From: Candidatus Caldarchaeum sp.
Lineage (GTDB): Archaea > Thermoproteota > Nitrososphaeria_A > Caldarchaeales > Caldarchaeaceae
DNA length: 64,000 nt
NCBI GenBank assembly: GCA_038890155.1
Contig: JAWAFZ010000002.1
Coordinates: 10,774 to 74,773 of the forward strand
Direction: 5' to 3'
The translations under genes and the position numbers were made by a program. Positions within the stretch are counted from its first letter, which is position 1; every line of letters starts with the position of its first letter. A model generated the notes under the pieces. That model searched no databases. It worked only from the letters and a program-made list of their open reading frames with translations, and was not told the origin of the DNA. Positions 27,974-36,137 of the stretch are shown piece by piece.

Positions 27974-28381
27974 CTAATCCGTCGCCGGGCCCGCTGAGTA
28001 AAGCTCCTGAAGAATATCTCTCACGGAGACGACGCCGACAAGCTTGTCTCTCTCGTCAACCACGACGATGTGCCTTATCCTGTGCTTGCCCATGACTTGA
28101 GCAGCATCCTCAATCGTCTTGTCCGACCGCAGCTTGATGATGTCGGTTCGTGTTATCTCCTTTACTTTTTTGTCGAGGTTCTTCTCCTCAGCCAACGACC
28201 TTATGACGTCCCTCTCCGAAAAAACTCCCACTATGTCGTTTCCCTCGACCACTACCAGAAACCCTATGTTCTGCTCAGCCATCAACTTGATTACGTCGTG
28301 AAGCGTTGCGTCGCCGTTGACGGTTATGGGTCTTTTCCTAATCAGCTCTTTTATCTTCAACAGGATAACTTGCACGGCCAC
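27974..28381 (-). CDS. CBS domain-pair protein
   Basis: 135 aa with two CBS repeats (..HDVIKLMAEQNIGFLVVVE.., ..AAQVMGKHRIRHIVVVD..). Confidence 0.85.
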   Translation of the reverse strand: MAVQVILLKIKELIRKRPITVNGDATLHDVIKLMAEQNIGFLVVVEGNDIVGVFSERDVIRSLAEEKNLDKKVKEITRTDIIKLRSDKTIEDAAQVMGKHRIRHIVVVDERDKLVGVVSVRDILQELYSAGPATD

Positions 28382-28419
28382 GATATATAACAGTTGCGTC
28401 AGAATAATCTCTTATAGTT

Positions 28420-29832
28420 ATGAAAACAAGATTCAGTACGTTGAGCACGGTTGGGCTGGTAGGCTTGGGCGTGATGGGCCAGAACCTAGCCAAGAACATC
28501 GCCTCCAAGGGTTATGAAGTCGTGGTTTACAACAGGTCGAGGGAGAAGACCGACAGCCTTGTCTCGTCGGTGAGGGAGATCAGGCCTTCGTACAGCCTCG
28601 GACAGCTGGCAGCCATGCTTGAAAAACCCCGCCGTGTGATTCTGATGGTTGAGGCAGGCCGTGCGGTGGATGCCGTGCTGGACGAGCTCACGCCACACCT
28701 CGATAGCGGGGACTTTGTCTACGACTGCGGAAACTCCCACTACGTTGACACCGAGAGGAGACAGGCCTCTCTAAGCCGTGTCGGCGTCGTGTTGTTGGGT
28801 GTCGGCATAAGCGGCGGCGAGGAAGGAGCGTTGAAAGGCCCTTCGGTCATGGTGGGAGGAGAACTGAAGGGCTTCGAGTCGACGGAGGCTTTGTGGAGGG
28901 CTGTGGCGGCGAGAGCCGACGGCGACCCGTGTGCTGGATACATGGGAAGGAAGGGAGCGGGCCATTTCGTAAAAATGGTTCACAACGGGATCGAGTACGC
29001 AGTTCTCCAGCTCATAGCCGAGACCTACGACATCCTCAAAACAGGGCTCGGAAAATCAAGCGACGAGATAAGCGCTGTGTTCGCAAACTGGCGGAACACG
29101 GAGCTCTCATCCTACCTCGTCGAGATATCTGCGGAAGTTCTTTCATTCAGAGACCCTGAGACAAACAAGCCCTTGGTCGAGCTCGTCTTGGATAAGGCTG
29201 AACAGAAGGGGACGGGGAGATGGTGTGTGCAGGCTGCGGCTGAGCTGGGCGTCCCAACCCCCTCCATAGACGCAGCACTCTCCGCTAGGAACATCTCAGC
29301 CCTCAAGCCTCTGAGAACATCGCTGTCGAAAGCTTACGGACCAGGACCGGCTGTGAGGAAAGCAGGCATCAACATGGTTGAGGTGCTCAGGGATGCTTTC
29401 TGGTGCACCTCCCTAATCAGCTTCGTCCAAGGCCTCAGCTTGATACAGGCAGCTTCGCAGGCCTACGACTACGGCATAAACATCGACGAGGTGTTGAGGG
29501 TCTGGAGGGCGGGATGCATAATAAGAGCGTCGATGCTCAGAGACCTCCGCACCGCTCTGGCTGAAGTTGGCGACGCACAGCAACTCCTCAGGGCTGGCTT
29601 CCTCGCATCCCAGCTGTCGGAGAAAGAGAAGAGCTGGAAGAACGTAATAACCTACGCTAAGGAAGCCGGCATACCGACTCCGGTTCTCGACGCATCCTAC
29701 AACTTCTTCCTCTCAATCAAAAGGGAGAGGCTGCCGGCCAACCTGATCCAAGCCCTCCGAGACAGGTTCGGAAGCCACGGCTACGAACGCGTCGACAAGA
29801 CGGGGAAGCATCACTCCAGCTGGAAACCTTGA
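28420..29832 (+). CDS. gnd: 6-phosphogluconate dehydrogenase, decarboxylating (full-length type)
   Basis: VGLVGLGVMGQNLAKNIASKGY NAD(P) fold, GISGGEEGA, GAGHFVKMVHNGIEY, and a C-terminal RDRFGSHGYER tail. Confidence 0.9.
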   Translation: MKTRFSTLSTVGLVGLGVMGQNLAKNIASKGYEVVVYNRSREKTDSLVSSVREIRPSYSLGQLAAMLEKPRRVILMVEAGRAVDAVLDELTPHLDSGDFVYDCGNSHYVDTERRQASLSRVGVVLLGVGISGGEEGALKGPSVMVGGELKGFESTEALWRAVAARADGDPCAGYMGRKGAGHFVKMVHNGIEYAVLQLIAETYDILKTGLGKSSDEISAVFANWRNTELSSYLVEISAEVLSFRDPETNKPLVELVLDKAEQKGTGRWCVQAAAELGVPTPSIDAALSARNISALKPLRTSLSKAYGPGPAVRKAGINMVEVLRDAFWCTSLISFVQGLSLIQAASQAYDYGINIDEVLRVWRAGCIIRASMLRDLRTALAEVGDAQQLLRAGFLASQLSEKEKSWKNVITYAKEAGIPTPVLDASYNFFLSIKRERLPANLIQALRDRFGSHGYERVDKTGKHHSSWKP

Positions 29833-30084
29833 GACGTCAACCCTATATCATATGTCAAAGCTGTGGTCGACAAGATGTACGGGGATGGCCTGCTCCAGTC
29901 ACGTAGGTTTACTTTACCGAACATGCTATATCTGAATTCCTTAAAACATACATTATAAGGAGGAAAAATAGGGGAGAGTATGGCTGGAGGCCTGCCGGCA
30001 AGAACAACTTCGCTGTTATCCATTTGTTGGGGTTCACCGGTTAAAACGGTCCAGCGTCATACCAAGGCTTTTCCGGAAAAATGG

Positions 30085-30093
30085 TTTTTAAAT
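30085..30093 (+). promoter_or_regulatory. TATA-like box upstream of tRNA-Thr
   Basis: TTTTTAAAT lies about 30-37 nt upstream of the mature tRNA 5' end, consistent with a short processed leader. Confidence 0.4.
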
Positions 30094-30121
30094 CCTTGAC
30101 GAACCATCTGAGCGGCGGAGA

Positions 30122-30196
30122 GCCCTGGTAGCTCAGCCCGGTTAGAGCGGCCGCCTCGTAAGCGGCAGGTCGAGGGTTCAAAGCCCTCCCAGGGCT
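30122..30196 (+). tRNA. tRNA-Thr (anticodon CGT)
   Basis: Manual cloverleaf. Acceptor stem GCCCTGG/CCAGGGC; D arm GCTC..GAGC; anticodon stem GCCGC/GCGGC with loop CTCGTAA; T arm GAGGG-TTCAAAG-CCCTC. 75 nt, no intron, no encoded CCA. Confidence 0.9.
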
Positions 30197-30272
30197 ACTT
30201 TCCTCCAGCCGGTTTGTTTTCAGCCATGATGTAGAACGTGTTTTTCCTCGTGTCTGGACAGCAGGTTGATGG

Positions 30273-31361
30273 TTATATCTCGTCGAGTACACGTTTGAAC
30301 GTTGTTAAGAATTTCTCGTTCTCACGCCTAGACAACACCGTTACCCTGAGGCAGCCGTCGACCGTGTCGGAGAGGTTCCTGACCACGATGCCCCTTCTCA
30401 TCAACTCCTCATGAATTCTTGACGCGTCAACGCCCTCCATCTTGAGGAGCAGGAAGTTAGCCTTGGAGTTGATGACCTTCACACGCCTGTCTTTCTCCAG
30501 CTTTATCCTCAAACGCTCTCTTTCAGCCACGACCCGTGCCACCCATTTCTTGATTGTTGAGACATCCCTCAAAGCATGCTCGGCAAGCTCCAGAGATATC
30601 ACGCTCAAGCTGTTGGGGGGCCTTACCTTGTTCAAATCCCTCACAGTTTCCCTCGCCGCAAGTGCGTAGCCAACCCTCACACCGGCCAACGAGAAGGCTT
30701 TAGACAGAGTTCTCACTACAACGAGGTTGGAGTAGCTCGAAGTCAGGTCTGCGAACGTCTGGCCTGCATACTCGTAGTATGCTTCGTCGACGACTATGAT
30801 GGCGTCGAGCTCTTTCAGCAGTTTAACTAGGTCTGTTCTTTCGACGAGGTTGCCTGTGGGGTTGTTTGGGCTGCATAGAAAGACCATCCGAGTCTTGTCG
30901 CCTGCTTTGGAAAGCAAGGACTCGACGTCGTCTCTGAAGTCCGGCTTACGGGCGACACTTACAACCCTGCCACCCATTACCTCGACGCAAATGCGGAAGT
31001 AGGAGTAGGTGGGGCTGCTCACCATGGCGACGTCATCCCTGCCGACGTATGCCTGGGCTGTCATCATCAAGCATTCGTCAGCCCCGTTCCCGACCAAGAT
31101 CTCGTCAACATCCCTACCCGTGTAATCGCTCAGAGCAACTCTCAACGCCCTGTACGTGGTGTCGGGGTATAGGTTGACGGGTAGCGAAGACAACCTTTTG
31201 GAGAGGAGTTTAAGCCATTTTGAAGGCCTGAACGGCGAGGTGTTAAGGTCCATCCTGATTATTTTCTCAGGTTTGAGCCCGTATCTCTGCGCTATCTCAT
31301 AGGAAGGCGTCTCCCACGAGTAGGGCACGAAACTGCTGAGCTCCGTCCGAATGCTCGGCAT
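30273..31361 (-). CDS. hisC: Histidinol-phosphate aminotransferase (class II aminotransferase)
   Basis: NTSP, LYPD, GNGADE, SPTYSYF, CSPNNPTG and VVDEAYYEY, with the PLP-Lys context RTLSKAFSLAGVRVGY. Confidence 0.8.
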   Translation of the reverse strand: MPSIRTELSSFVPYSWETPSYEIAQRYGLKPEKIIRMDLNTSPFRPSKWLKLLSKRLSSLPVNLYPDTTYRALRVALSDYTGRDVDEILVGNGADECLMMTAQAYVGRDDVAMVSSPTYSYFRICVEVMGGRVVSVARKPDFRDDVESLLSKAGDKTRMVFLCSPNNPTGNLVERTDLVKLLKELDAIIVVDEAYYEYAGQTFADLTSSYSNLVVVRTLSKAFSLAGVRVGYALAARETVRDLNKVRPPNSLSVISLELAEHALRDVSTIKKWVARVVAERERLRIKLEKDRRVKVINSKANFLLLKMEGVDASRIHEELMRRGIVVRNLSDTVDGCLRVTVLSRRENEKFLTTFKRVLDEI

Positions 31362-31410
31362 GCTGGTGAGGCTCTGACGCCTCTCCTAATATAAGCATGA
31401 ACGTTAACCA

Positions 31411-31418
31411 TTTAAATA
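31411..31418 (+). promoter_or_regulatory. TATA box upstream of tRNA-Ile
   Basis: TTTAAATA lies at -32 to -25 relative to the tRNA 5' end. Confidence 0.45.
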
Positions 31419-31442
31419 CAGATTGGCCTCGTTTAGGGACGT

Positions 31443-31517
31443 GGGCCGGTAGCTCAGCATGGTTAGAGCGTTCGGCTGATAACCGAAAGGTCGGGAGTTC
31501 GAATCTCCCCCGGCCCA
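31443..31517 (+). tRNA. tRNA-Ile (anticodon GAT)
   Basis: Manual cloverleaf. Acceptor stem GGGCCGG/CCGGCCC; anticodon stem TTCGG/CCGAA with loop CTGATAA; T arm GGGAG-TTCGAAT-CTCCC. 75 nt, no intron. Confidence 0.9.
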
Positions 31518-31639
31518 GCCGTCCTACCTGACTGGAGGGAATACTGTGGTTAGGGTTGGTGGATTACCTGAAGACCGTCATCCCTGATACGCTTATATCT
31601 TAGTTTGAGCTCATGTGATGTAAACAGAACCCGAAGGGA

Positions 31640-32131
31640 TTGTTGATGTCGGCTTATGAGGAGAGGCTTGAAAAAGCAACGAGCTTCGAGGAGGTTTACA
31701 GGCTTGTGAAAGCACTCGTCATGGAGAGGTACGGCCTCCGCAGGGCCGGGATGGGCTTGGTTCTGGCCGACCTTCCGTCTCAGCTTCTGGCTTACCATGA
31801 AGTAGGGTCAAACTCCATCGTCGTCAACAGAACGCTTCTGAACGCCGTCTCATCAATCAGCAAGTCGAGGAAAATAGTCAACAGCTATGTCTTCGTCATT
31901 CTTCTCCACGAGTATCTTCACACGCTGGGGTTTGACGAGCGGCAGACGAGGGAGCTTGTGAAGGAGGCTGTCTCATCCGTCTTTCCGTTCGAGCATCCTG
32001 CAACAAGGCTGGCCACTTCATCGGTCTACGAAGTCTTCCCAGAGCTCCGCAACATACCGCTGGCTCCAGGCCCTTCCAAGCCAGTATTAGTCAAGGACTT
32101 CGACACAGAAGGCCTGAACTACATAGGTTGA
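31640..32131 (+). CDS. Hypothetical protein with an HExxH motif (putative small zinc metallopeptidase)
   Basis: 163 aa. The only recognisable feature is ILLHEYLHTLGFDE (HExxH). Confidence 0.4.
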   Translation: MLMSAYEERLEKATSFEEVYRLVKALVMERYGLRRAGMGLVLADLPSQLLAYHEVGSNSIVVNRTLLNAVSSISKSRKIVNSYVFVILLHEYLHTLGFDERQTRELVKEAVSSVFPFEHPATRLATSSVYEVFPELRNIPLAPGPSKPVLVKDFDTEGLNYIG

Positions 32132-32175
32132 TGTGAAAAAGATATATACGTCATTAATAGGAGAGCCTACACGGC

Positions 32176-33378
32176 TTGAGAAGTACGCAGGAAATACTGA
32201 AGAAGCTGGAGAGGATCGAGAGGCAGTACCTACTAAGTATGAGGAATTCCGAGGACCCGAAAGCTGTCTCATACTACTACGGCTGGCATCATGCCCTCGA
32301 ATGGGTCAGGAAAAGAGGAGACCAAGTGATTGTCGATGAAGTGGTTGGCACAGGAAGGTGCAGCGGCTGCGCAGCATGCGTAGCCATCTGCCCGACCAAC
32401 GTCTTCGACTACGTGGAGGATAAGCCGATAAACACAAGGCTCAACCACTGCATAGACTGCGACTTGTGCGTCGAATCATGCCCCGAGCTTCATCTTTCGG
32501 ACGTCGACGTCGAGATGAAGTCCCTCGATAGCTACGCTTCCCGAGATGACGGCTTTGGACGGTACGGCGACGTTTACCTCACGAGGAGCGCTCGGAGCGA
32601 GATCCTTAAACGTTCTCAGGACGGCGGTACTGTCTCGTCTATTCTGGTGTATTGTCTGGAGAAAGGCTTGATCGATGCAGCTGTTGTCTCGACTACAACT
32701 CCGGAGAAACCGCTATACCCAGCGGCTCGTCTTGTGTTCAGCCCTCAGGAGGTTCTCGAATGCGCAGGGTCGAGATACACCTACGCACCTAACTTGCTGG
32801 CTCTGAGAGAGGCTTACGAGAGGGGGGTCGACAGGCTGGCTGTGGTCGGCGTGCCCTGCCAGATCGACGGGCTTAGATATCTACAGCATTCGACTCCAGA
32901 CCTAGAGGTGGCTAAGTGGTACGAAAAGCATGTCGTCTTCAGCGTAGGGCTTTTCTGCTCAGAGGTCTTCACCTACCAGGGTTTGATGAGGTACTTTGAT
33001 GAAGTGAAAGTTGACTCGTCCATGGTGGAGAAGATAAACATCAAAGGCAAAGTCATAATAACGATGAAGAATGGCGAGGAAATAGTCAAGCCGCTGAAGC
33101 AGCTCCACAAGTACGAGAGACCTGCATGCAGGTTCTGCAAAGACTACTCCGCCGAGCTGGCTGATATCGCATGCGGAGGGCTTGCGACGAAGGGATGGAC
33201 GATCACGGTTCTTCGGACCAGGCCGGGGCTTTCGATAGTGGAGAGCGCCATCAGAGACGGGATGCTGGAGGCTAAGCCGATCAGTTTGGAGGATGAGCCG
33301 ATGAAGCTTCTGAGGAAATTGTGTTTGAATAAAAGAGAAAGGCCTTCGCCGCCGCTGAAAACCATGTTCAGCGTTTAA
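32176..33378 (+). CDS. FrhB/FdhB-family protein (coenzyme F420 hydrogenase/dehydrogenase beta subunit-like) with an N-terminal 2x[4Fe-4S] ferredoxin domain
   Basis: Two CxxCxxCxxxCP clusters (CSGCAACVAICP, CIDCDLCVESCP) precede FrhB-like N and C domains (QDGGTVSSIL, VVGVPCQIDGLR, CRFCKDYSAELADIACGG). TTG start, with ATG 32239 as an alternative. Confidence 0.75.
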   Translation: MRSTQEILKKLERIERQYLLSMRNSEDPKAVSYYYGWHHALEWVRKRGDQVIVDEVVGTGRCSGCAACVAICPTNVFDYVEDKPINTRLNHCIDCDLCVESCPELHLSDVDVEMKSLDSYASRDDGFGRYGDVYLTRSARSEILKRSQDGGTVSSILVYCLEKGLIDAAVVSTTTPEKPLYPAARLVFSPQEVLECAGSRYTYAPNLLALREAYERGVDRLAVVGVPCQIDGLRYLQHSTPDLEVAKWYEKHVVFSVGLFCSEVFTYQGLMRYFDEVKVDSSMVEKINIKGKVIITMKNGEEIVKPLKQLHKYERPACRFCKDYSAELADIACGGLATKGWTITVLRTRPGLSIVESAIRDGMLEAKPISLEDEPMKLLRKLCLNKRERPSPPLKTMFSV

Positions 33379-33384
33379 CCCTCT

Positions 33385-33639
33385 CTATTCCTTCTTGAGT
33401 TCTTCGTTCAGCTCTTTCTCTATTTCCTCCAAGGGTTTCGGTGGAGGAGTTGTTGCAAGGGTGTATCCTATCCATCCGATTATCCCTAAGACTCCTGCGA
33501 CCGCTATGAACCCCGTGAGCTTGAGCAACAATAGGTCGAGGCCTGCTAACGGTGGCAGGAAAAGGATCCAGCCATAAACAACGACTCCAAGAACGCTGCC
33601 CAGCAACAGAACGGCTCCAAGCGTCTGGTCTCTGGCCAT
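33385..33639 (-). CDS. Small membrane protein (2 TM, charged C-terminal tail)
   Basis: 84 aa from ATG 33639. Two hydrophobic helices are followed by PPPKPLEEIEKELNEELKKE. It diverges from the first wHTH paralog across an ATATAAA box (33663-33669). Confidence 0.45.
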   Translation of the reverse strand: MARDQTLGAVLLLGSVLGVVVYGWILFLPPLAGLDLLLLKLTGFIAVAGVLGIIGWIGYTLATTPPPKPLEEIEKELNEELKKE

Positions 33640-33701
33640 GGTCAAAAAGCCGACCAAACCGCATATAAACTTAACTTTAGGAGATAACAAGCCTGATCGG
33701 C

Positions 33702-34166
33702 TTGACTGAGGGTTCTAAGGTCGTCGTAAGGATTAGGCATGGAGAAAGGGAGGTGGAGTTTGAGGGCAGCCGTGAGGAGGTTTGGGCAGCGGTCAACAAG
33801 TACTTCTCCGAGACTCTCGGCCCTGTCGAGATTGTGTCAAGGCTTCGAGGTCAAGTGGACGTCTCCGAGATTGCGGCTAAGCTGTCGGGTAAAGTTCTTT
33901 TAAGCGATGGAAAAGTGGACGTGCTAGTCCAAGGAGACGCCAAGAAGAGAATAATTCTGTGTTTGGCGGCTGTTTTCGTCGGCAGGAGGATGGGGATGGT
34001 TGGAACCGATTTCCTATCCCCAAAGGAGGTCGCAGGCATCCTTCGCATAGACGAGCGGGTTGCGAGGGCAAGGCTTAGCGAGCTGTGGAAAAGCGGCTTG
34101 GTGGACAAGGACGAAGACGGACGATACAGATTTAAGCCTTTCACATCACTCAAACTAATCGAGTGA
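33702..34166 (+). CDS. Uncharacterised two-module protein, paralog 1 (N-terminal beta-hairpin/helix module plus C-terminal winged helix)
   Basis: TTG start. The N-module VVVRIRHGEREVEFEGSREEVWAAVNKYF aligns with paralogs 2 and 3. The C-module LSPKEVAGILRIDERVARARLSELWKSGLVDKDEDGRYRF looks like a wHTH. Confidence 0.55.
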   Translation: MTEGSKVVVRIRHGEREVEFEGSREEVWAAVNKYFSETLGPVEIVSRLRGQVDVSEIAAKLSGKVLLSDGKVDVLVQGDAKKRIILCLAAVFVGRRMGMVGTDFLSPKEVAGILRIDERVARARLSELWKSGLVDKDEDGRYRFKPFTSLKLIE

Positions 34167-34173
34167 AGGGGAG

Positions 34174-34656
34174 ATGACGAACCTCCGGGTTTCCATAGCT
34201 TACGGAGAGTTAAAGGCAGAGTTTGAAGGAGCGCCGGAAGACGTTTACGTGCAGGTCGTGAGGTTTCTGGAGCGTTCGATACCAGGATTCGTTCTGGCGT
34301 CCAAGCTCAACGCTTTCCCCGGCGCCGAGGAGCTGCTCACAAAGCTCAGCGACGTGCTGGCTTACACGACAGCCGACGGCGTGTTCGTCAAGAAATCCCT
34401 ATCCGACATGCCTACCTCAAGCGCCCTCCTGCTGTATGCGGCTTCTAGGTATATCAACAACCTCCTCGGGTTTTCCGATAGACAGGAGTTTTCCTCGTCG
34501 GAGCTTGCTGGGGCTTTGGCGAAGCCTGAGAAAACTGTGTCGGGCCGGTTGACCGAGCTCGTTCAGCGTGGTTTTCTGAAGAGGGTTGGTAGGGGTGGAT
34601 ACGTCATAACACCTCATGGTCTGGCCTATCTTGTCGAGTCGTCCGCCAGCATCTGA
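34174..34656 (+). CDS. Uncharacterised two-module protein, paralog 2
   Basis: N-module LRVSIAYGELKAEFEGAPEDVYVQVVRFL. C-module FSSSELAGALAKPEKTVSGRLTELVQRGFLKRVGRGGYVITP (wHTH-like). Starts 7 nt after paralog 1. Confidence 0.55.
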   Translation: MTNLRVSIAYGELKAEFEGAPEDVYVQVVRFLERSIPGFVLASKLNAFPGAEELLTKLSDVLAYTTADGVFVKKSLSDMPTSSALLLYAASRYINNLLGFSDRQEFSSSELAGALAKPEKTVSGRLTELVQRGFLKRVGRGGYVITPHGLAYLVESSASI

Positions 34657-35036
34657 GAGCTTGTCTCAGAGTTTTTAGAGGCTTCGACGTAGACATACCT
34701 GCGTGGCTCGCCCACCCTTTCGAGCACTCCAGACCTCACTAAGTCTAGCAGCACGTGGGCTACGGCAGTCGTGTCGTAGAGAAAACCTCGACGCTCCAGC
34801 TCAGCAGCCACCTCCGACAGGGTTTTGCCGTTCTTCATCCATCCAACATGCACGAGTTCTTCGACGGCTTTACGGCATGTGATTGGTTTCTTGAATGATG
34901 CGGACCTTGTGGGCTGTGGCTCGGCCGTTTTTAGGGCTGTGAGGACGTTCTTGACGGCTTCCTCTATCTTGTCGATGGGGGCTTCGACTTCTACGGTGGC
35001 TGTTCCCGTGGTTATTTTTATCTTGATCGTGCTCAA
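34626..35036 (-). CDS. Uncharacterised two-module protein, paralog 3
   Basis: N-module IKIKITTGTATVEVEAPIDKIEEAVKNVL. C-module KTLSEVAAELERRGFLYDTTAVAHVLLDLVRSGVLERVGEPRRYVYV (wHTH-like). Its 3' end overlaps paralog 2 by 31 nt. Confidence 0.55.
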   Translation of the reverse strand: MSTIKIKITTGTATVEVEAPIDKIEEAVKNVLTALKTAEPQPTRSASFKKPITCRKAVEELVHVGWMKNGKTLSEVAAELERRGFLYDTTAVAHVLLDLVRSGVLERVGEPRRYVYVEASKNSETSSQMLADDSTR

Positions 35037-35068
35037 TTGTTTCCACTGTTTTGTTCATCTTGCGCAAC

Positions 35069-35078
35069 ATTTATATTT
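35069..35078. promoter_or_regulatory. Single A/T-rich box shared by divergent genes (paralog 3 and nurA2)
   Basis: ATTTATATTT lies about 35 nt from both ATG 35036 (minus strand) and ATG 35108 (plus strand). It is the only TATA-like element in the 71-nt spacer. Confidence 0.35.
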
Positions 35079-35107
35079 GTCCCAGCAACAGAAAACATAA
35101 CGAGTTG

Positions 35108-36130
35108 ATGACCAAGATGACCAACCAATACCTTCACCAACTAACACCCACACCAGACCTCATAGACCTACTAAAAACTTTTTCCTCTGTAGCTGAATAT
35201 ACCGTTAAACATCTGCATGGCTCGGAGACCCTGCCCCTCCAAGCCGACGACGACTACCCCGACCTGCCCATCCAGCTTCTCACGGCAGACTCGTTCGAAA
35301 CCATCCCAATCACTAACTCAAGCAACTCAGTCCCCGTAGTGGCCTGCGACATGTCCACAGTCAAGGTTGCTGAAACCACTCGTGGAAGCGTGTGGGCTGT
35401 TAGGGGAAGCATAGTCATCAGGCATGGCCCCGAGCTGACGGCGTCCGTCGTCGGCCCTTTCATCTACAACATATCAGCCTACACAGCGGCAAAAATAGTC
35501 GACGCCCTACTCGCCTCGCTGGGTGCTCGCCGGAGGATTAGGTTCCTAGACGTCTCAACCGCCCCAAAAATCGTCAGCAACCTGTTCGAGAAACTTATCC
35601 AGCTCTACGCCGGAACTTTGGCCAAGGACGGGCTGCTCCTGGTTGACGGTGCTTTGACCGCAGGACCTATGGACAGCCCCCCGGCCGTTGTCGAGAAAAT
35701 CGTGGAAACCACGCTCGGCTCAAGCTACGGCGTCATAGCCTTCTCCAAGTCCACTACTCTCATGCTCTACGGGCAAAGAATAACCTCCTACGCAGCCGGA
35801 ACCCCGCCTCCCTACGTCATTAAGCTGCCCACGCTGAGGGACATGGTCGTGAGGAACGGGTCGGTCTACGTCGCACGTCTGTCTTCAGCACGAACTCCTT
35901 TCCGAGTCGACGTCGTCTCAAGAACGAACGACGAGCAAGTTTTCAGCCTACTTCTTTCAAGCGATAACATCGTAAACGGATACCCCGAATCCCTGATACT
36001 CGCGCATCATCTAGCTAAACTCAACAGGCTCGACGTCCTAGGCATAAGCACACGTCTCGAAGTCCTGATGAGGATGAAGATTCCAAAGAACGATGTCAGG
36101 TCGATGCTGTTCACTCCGATCGACGGGTGA
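35108..36130 (+). CDS. NurA-like nuclease, second copy
   Basis: Motif-for-motif match to the NurA at 8346-9218. VVACDMSTVK matches VAAVDSGWN; LLLVDGALTAG matches TLVDGSLLAR; VIAFSKSTTL matches FFVSKYSQ; VNGYPESLILAHHLAKL matches VKGYPAELLTAHQ. Start set at ATG 35108 (ORF track 35051). Confidence 0.7.
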   Translation: MTKMTNQYLHQLTPTPDLIDLLKTFSSVAEYTVKHLHGSETLPLQADDDYPDLPIQLLTADSFETIPITNSSNSVPVVACDMSTVKVAETTRGSVWAVRGSIVIRHGPELTASVVGPFIYNISAYTAAKIVDALLASLGARRRIRFLDVSTAPKIVSNLFEKLIQLYAGTLAKDGLLLVDGALTAGPMDSPPAVVEKIVETTLGSSYGVIAFSKSTTLMLYGQRITSYAAGTPPPYVIKLPTLRDMVVRNGSVYVARLSSARTPFRVDVVSRTNDEQVFSLLLSSDNIVNGYPESLILAHHLAKLNRLDVLGISTRLEVLMRMKIPKNDVRSMLFTPIDG

Positions 36131-36137
36131 ACGACCC

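Noticed and set aside
29833-30121. A 289-nt spacer beside tRNA-Thr, considered as a possible integrated-element attachment site or remnant
   Set aside because: There is no integrase, transposase or viral or plasmid gene on either side. I found no duplicated tRNA fragment by eye, and both flanks (gnd, hisC) are housekeeping genes. The only ORFs are a 70 aa minus-strand ORF and a roughly 39 aa plus-strand ORF, neither with motifs.
30041-30292. 83 aa minus-strand ORF
   Set aside because: It overlaps the tRNA-Thr gene (30122-30196) and its promoter. Its composition is an artefact of the tRNA antisense strand.
32133-32339. 68 aa ORF overlapping the 5' end of the FrhB-family gene
   Set aside because: It is out of frame with, and mostly inside, the longer motif-bearing ORF, and shows no motif. 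It is more likely an artefact; only the exact start of the FrhB-like gene (TTG 32176 or ATG 32239) remains uncertain.
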